From the human T2T-CHM13v2.0 reference genome, Homo sapiens, in NCBI RefSeq assembly GCF_009914755.1, contig NC_060935.1: a stretch of 64,000 nt of DNA; one strand, given 5' to 3'. The position numbers and the translations under genes are program-made. How positions within the stretch are numbered: the first letter of the stretch is position 1; each line of letters starts with the position of its first letter. Of this stretch, positions 53,701 to 64,000 are shown piece by piece. The notes below the pieces were generated by a model. The model did no database searches, had not been told where the DNA came from, and was given only the letters and a program-made list of their open reading frames with translations.

Positions 53701-53962
53701 GGAAAACTAGATAGAAGCTTTCTGAGAAACTGCTTTGGGTGTGTGCATTTGTTTCACAGAGTTAAACATTTCTTTGTGTTCACCAGTTTGGAAACACTGT
53801 TGTGGGATATTTGGGAGCTCATTGAGGGCAAAAGCAAAAAAGTGAATATGATAGCCTCAAAACAAGAAGAAAGCTATCTGAGAAACCTCTGTGTCATGTG
53901 TGCCTTCATCTCTCAAGGTTAAAACTTTCTTTTCATTCAGCAGCTTTGAAACACTGTTTTGG
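44753..53962 (+). repeat. Diverged alpha satellite, block 3
   Basis: Same monomer types and orientation as blocks 1 and 2. Confidence 0.97.
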
Positions 53963-56642
53963 AAACACCATTTCCAAACTGCTTAATCCACAAAAAAGTT
54001 GAAGTCTATATGAGATAAACACACACATCACAAAGCAGTTTCTCAGAAAGCATCTTTCTAGTTTTTATCTGAAGATATTTCCTTTATCACCATAAGCCTC
54101 AATGTGCTCCCAAATATCACTTCACAGATTCTGCCAAAACAGTGTTTCCAGACTGCTGAATGAAAAGAGAAGATTAACTCTGCAGGGTGAATAAACACAT
54201 CACAAAGTGGTTTCTCAGAGAGGTTTTCTCTAGTTTTCATCCTGGGATAATCACTTTTTTGCCATTGGCCTCAACGAGTTCCAAAATGTCCATTCGCAGA
54301 AAGGACAAAAAACAGTGTTTCCAAACTGCTGAATCCAAAGATGGTTTAACTCTTTGAGATGAATGCATACATCACACAGCAGTTTCTCAGAAAGCTTTTT
54401 CTAGTTTTTATCTGAAGATATTTCTTTTGTCAACATAAAACTCAATGCACTTCCAAAAATAACTTCACAGTTTCTACAAAAACTGTGTTTCTAAAATGCT
54501 GAATGTAAAGAAAGGTTTAATTCTGACAGATGAATGTACACATCACAAAGCAGTTTCTCAGATAACTTCTTTCTAAATTTTTTTCCTGTGATATTTGATT
54601 TTTTGCCTTTGGCATCAATGAGATCTGAAATATCCCTTTGCAGATTCTACACCAACAGTGTTTCCAAACTGTTCACTCCAAAAAATGGTTTAACTCTGGG
54701 AGATGAATGCACACATCACAAAGCAGTTTCTCAGAAAGCTTCTTTCTTATTTTTATCTGAAGATATTTCCTTTTTCACAATAGGCCTCAATGCACTCCCA
54801 AATAACCCTTTATGGATTCTGCCAAAACAGTGTTTCCAGACTGCTGAATGAAAAAAGAGTGTTAACTCTGTGAGGTGAATGCACACATCACAGAGTGGTT
54901 TCTCAGATAGCTTCCTTCTAGTTTTTATCCTGAGATATTCACTTTTTCACCTTTGGCTCAATGAACTCCCAAATACCCATTTGCAGATTTTACTAAAAGA
55001 GTATTTCCAACTGCTGAATGAAAGGAAACATTTAACTGGGAGATGAATGCACACACCACAAAGTGGTTTCTCTGATATGTTTTTCTAGTTTTCATCCTGA
55101 GATATTCCCCTTTTCTAAGTTGGAATAAGGGATATCCCAAAAGTCCATTTGCAGAAAGGACAATAACAGTGGTTCCAAACTATTGAATCCAAAGAAAGGT
55201 TTAACTCTGTGAGGTGAATGCACAAATCCCAAAGTAGTTTCTCAGAAAGATGCTTGCTAGCATTGAAGATACATCGTTTTTCTCCGTAGGTCTCAGTGGG
55301 CTTCATAAAGCAGTTTCTCGGATAGATTTCTTCTAGTTTTTATCATGGGATATTTGCTTTTTCGCTGTTGGCCTCAATTACCTCACAAATGTCCATTCGC
55401 AGAATGGACAAAACAGTGTTTCCAAACTCTGAATCCAAAGAAATGTATAACTCTGTGAGATGAATACACACACCACAGAGCAGTTTCTCAGAAAATTCTT
55501 TCTAGTTTTTATCTGAATATGTTTCCTTTTTACCATTGGCTTCAATGCACTCCCAAATATAACTTTGCAGATTCTACAAAAACAGTGTTTTCAAACAGCT
55601 CAATGAAAGGAAATGTTTAACTCTGCAAGATGAATGCAGACATCACAAAGCAGTTTCTCACAAAGTTTATTCCTAGTATTTATCTGAAGATGTTTTCTTT
55701 TTCACCATAGGCCTTGATACACTCCCAAATATCCCTTCGAACATTCTACAAAGATAGTGTTTCAAACTGCTGAAAGAAAAGACAGGTTTACTTATGATAG
55801 ATGAGTGTACACATCACATAGTGGCTTCCAAGACAGGTTCCTTCTCCTTTTTATTCTAGGATATTCACTTTTTTGCCATTTTCCTCAATGAGCTCCCAAA
55901 TGCCCATTTGCAGAATGGACAAAAACAGTATTTCCAAACAGCTGAATACAAAGAAAGTTTTTATTCTGTGAGATGAATACCCACATTAAAAAGCAGTTTC
56001 TCTGAAAGCTTCTTTCCTGTTTTTATCTCAAGATGTCTAGATTTTCACAATAGGTCTCAATGTGCTCCGAAATATCCCTTCACAGATTCTTCAAAATCAG
56101 TTTTTCTAAACGGCTGAATGAAAGAAAGGTTTAACTCTGTGAGTTGAAAGCATAAATCACAAAGTAGTTTCTCAGAGAGCTTCTTTCTAGTTTTTATCTG
56201 AACTTGTTTCCATTTTCACCATAGGCCTTAACGTGAAACCAATTATCCATTAGCAGATTCTACAAAAACATTCTTTCCAACTTGCTGAAGGAAAAGAAAA
56301 TTTTAACTCTGAGATAAATGCACACATCACAAAGTTGTTTCTCAAATAGCTTCCTTCTAGTATTTCATATGGGTATATTCAATTTTTGCCATTGGCCTCA
56401 ATGAGCTCCCAAGGTCCATTCCAAGAATGGACAAAAACAGTGTTTCCAATCTGCTGAATCCAAAGAACAGTTTAAGTCTGTGAGATGAATGCACACATCA
56501 CAAAGCAGTTTCTCAGAAAGCTTTTTTTCTAGTTTTAATCTGAAGATGTTAAATTTTTCAACGTAGGCCTTAATGCACTCCCAAATATAACTTCACAGAT
56601 TCTACAAAAGCAGTGTTTCCAAACTGCTCAATGTAAAGTAAG
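53963..56642 (-). repeat. Alpha satellite, inverted orientation
   Basis: Monomers read as the reverse complement (tttaactctgtgagatgaatgcacacatcacaaagcagtttctcag). Confidence 0.97.
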
Positions 56643-60736
<4,094 letters not shown>

Positions 60737-60783
60737 TCAAAAAGGAAAAATTATTAAAACAACTGTTCTTCGAGGAAAAAAAA

Positions 60784-63700
60784 GAAGATTTTAACTCTGT
60801 CAGGTCAATGCACACATCACAAAGCGGTTTCTAAGATAGGTTCCTTTTACTTTGTACCCTGGTATATTCACTTTATTGGCATTGGCCTCAATGAGCTCCC
60901 AAATTTCCATTCACAGAATGGACAAAAGCAGTGTATCCACATTTCTGAATCCAAAGAAAGTTTTAACTCTGTGAGTGGAGTGCACAAGTCACAAAGCAGT
61001 TTCTCAGAAAACTTCTTTCTAGTTTTTATATGAAGAAATTTAGCTTTTTGCCCTAGGCCTCAATGCACAAATATACCTTCGCAGATTCTGCAAAATCATT
61101 GTTTCCAAACTGCTGAATGAAAAGAAGGTTTAACTCTGTGAGATGAATGCATACAAAGTAAAGCAGTTTCTAAGAGAGCTTCCTTCTAGTTTTCAACATT
61201 CGATGTTCCCTTTTTCACCATGGGCCTCAATAAGCTCCGAAATATCCATTCACAGAATGAACTAAAACACTTTTTCCAAACTGCTGAATCCAAAGAAAGG
61301 TTTAACTCTGTGAGATGAATGCACATATCACAAGGCAATTTTTCAGAAAGCTTATTTCTAATTTTTATCTGAAGATATTTCCTTTTTCTCAGTTGGCATA
61401 AATGTGCTCCCAAATGTCCCCTCAAAAATTCTGTAAAAAAGTTTTTACAAACTGCTGAATGAAAAGAATGGGTTAAATCTGTGAGATGAATGCACACATC
61501 ACAAAACAGTTTCTCAGAGAGATTCCTTCTAGTTTTTATCCTGAGATATTTGCAGAATGGACAAAAACAGTGTTTCCAAACTGCTGAATCCAAAGGAAGG
61601 CTTAAGAGTGTGAGATGAATGCACTCATCACAAAGTAGTTTCTCAAAAGTTTTCTTCTAGTTTTTGGCTGAAGATGCTTCTTTTTTCACCATAGACTTCA
61701 ATGCAATCCGAAATAACTCTTTCTAGATTATACACAACAGTGTTTCCAAACTGCTGAAAGAAAAGAAAGTTTTAAGTCTACGAGATGAATGCACAAAACA
61801 CAAACCAGTTTCTCAGACAGCTCCCTTCTCGTTTTTATCCTGGAATATTCACAATATGGGAAAAAAACAGTGTTTCCAAACTTCTGAATCCGATGAAAAG
61901 TTAAACTCTGTGAGATAAATGCACTCACCACAAAGCAGTTTCTCAAAAAACATTTTTTCTAATTTTTTCTGAAGACATTTTCTTTTGCACCATACACCTC
62001 AAAGCACTCCCAAATATCCTTCACAGATTTTAGCAACACAGGGGCTCCAAACTGCTGAATGAAAATAAACGTATAAATATGCTAGATAAATGCACAATCA
62101 CAAAGGGGTTTCTCTGATAGATTCCTTCTAGTTTTTATCCTGTGGTATTCACTTTTTCACCATTGACCTCAATGAGCTCCCAAATGTACTTTCACAGAAT
62201 GGACAAAAACATTGTTTCCAAACTGCTAAGCCCAAAGAAATGATTAACTGTGTTAGATGAATACACACATCACAAAGCAGTTTCTCAGAATACTTCTTTC
62301 TAGTTTTTAGCTGAATTTATTTCCATTTTCACCAAAGGCCTCAATGCACTCCCAAATATCCCTTTGCAGATTCTACCAAAATAGGGTTTCCAAATGGCTG
62401 ATTGAAAGGAAAGCTTTAATTCTGCAAGATGAATGCACACATCACAAAGAGGTTTCTTAGATAGCTTCCTTGTAGTTTTCATCCTGGTATATTCTCTTTT
62501 TCACATTTTGCCTCAAGAGCTCAAAATATCCCTTTGCAGATTCTACAAAAACAGTGTTTCCAAACTGCTGAATCCACAGAAAGGTTTAACTCTGTGAGAT
62601 GAATGCACACATCCCAAAGCAGTTCCTCAGAAAGTTTGTTTCTAGTTATTATCTGAAGTTATTTCCTTTTTCACCATAGGTCTCAATGCACTCCCAAATA
62701 TCCCTTCACAGATTCTACTAAAACAGTGTTTCCAAACAGCTGAATAAAAAGAAAGGTTTAACTCTATGAGATGAATGCACACATCACAAAGCTATTCTCA
62801 GAAATCTTCTTTCTAGTTTTTATCTGAAGATATTTCTTTTTTTGCCATTGGCCTCAATGAGCTCCCAAATGGCCCTTCATAGAATGGACAAAAACAGTGT
62901 TTGCAAACTGCTAAATTAAAAAGAAAGGTTTAACTCTGTGAGATAAATATGCCTATCAAGAAGAGATTTCTCAGAAAACTTCTTTCTCGTTTTTATCTGA
63001 AGACTTTTTTAACCATATGACACAAACCACTTCCAAATATCCCTTAGCACATTCTACAGAAACACTGTTTCCAAACTACTGAATGAAACGAAAGGTTTAA
63101 CTCTGTGTGATGGATGCAGAAATCACCAACCAGTTTTTCAGAGAGTTTCCTTTTAGTTTTTAGTCACGGATAGTTTCCTTTTAGTTTTTAGGAAACTAAA
63201 GTTTCCTTTTAGTTTTTAGTCAGTTTTTCACTTATGGCATCAATGAGCTATCAAATAGCCCTTCACATTTTCTACAAAAACAGGGTTTCCAAACTGCTGA
63301 ATCCAAAGATACTTTTAACTCTGGATGAATGCACACATCGCAAATCAGTCCCAGAAAGCTTATTCTAGTTTTAATCTGAAGATATTTCCTTTTTCACCAT
63401 AGTCCTCAATATGCTCCCAAATATCCCTTCACAGATTGTACAAAAACAGTGTTTCCAAACTGCTGAATGAAAAGCAAAGTTTGAACTCTGTGAGGTGAAT
63501 ACACACATCTCAAATAAGTTTCTCAGAAAGCTTCGTTCTACTTTTTATCTGAAGATATTTCCTTTTCCAACATAGGCCTGAAAGCATGCTCAAATATCCC
63601 TTTGAAGATTTTACCAAAAACTGTGTTTCCAAACTGCTGAATGAAAAGAAATGTTTAACTCTCTGGGATGAAAGCACATATCACAAAGTGGTTTCTCAGA

Positions 63701-64000
63701 TATCTTCCTTCTAGTTTTCATCCTGTGATATTTGCTTTTTTGCCTTTGGACTCAAGGAGTTCCCAAATGTATCTTTGAAGATCCTAAAAAAACAGTGTTT
63801 CCAAATTGCTGAATCCAAAGAAATGTTTAACTCTCTGAGAAGAATGCACACATAACAAAGCGATTTCTAAGAAAGGTTCTTTCTAGTTTTTATCTGAAGA
63901 TATTTCATTTTCATCTTAGGCCTCAAGGTGATCCCAAATATCCCTTCTCAGATTCTACCAAAACAGTGTTTCTAAACTGGTGAATGAAAAGAAAGTTTTT
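60784..64000 (-). repeat. Alpha satellite, inverted orientation, continuing past the window end
   Basis: Resumes in monomer phase after the L1 (gaagattttaactctgt...). Confidence 0.97.

Overview
Primate (most likely human or great ape) pericentromeric DNA with no intact protein-coding gene. Bases 1-8212 are an intron-containing duplicate of DHX9 (six helicase-core exons, disabled by stops, a frameshift and a lost splice acceptor) with intronic Alu, L1M, MIR and DNA-transposon remnants. At about 8213 it joins a ~56 kb block of diverged alpha satellite with 172-bp monomers in a two-type alternation and no CENP-B box seen. The satellite hosts an AluY-like insertion, a near full-length but decayed HERV-K(HML-8)/MER11 provirus (22957-32852), a tandem pair of L1PA 3' ends, an orientation switch at about 53962, and a 5'-inverted (twin-primed) L1PA with a probable short 3' transduction. 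From memory this resembles the DHX9 pseudogene LOC646813 region at human 11p11.12; I could not verify that. I see no new gene system. The most notable signals are structural: non-matching proviral target sites, recurrent inverted templated insertions, a monomer-specific 8-bp dyad with vestigial tetramer periodicity, and the satellite inversion. Almost all listed ORFs are satellite or repeat noise.
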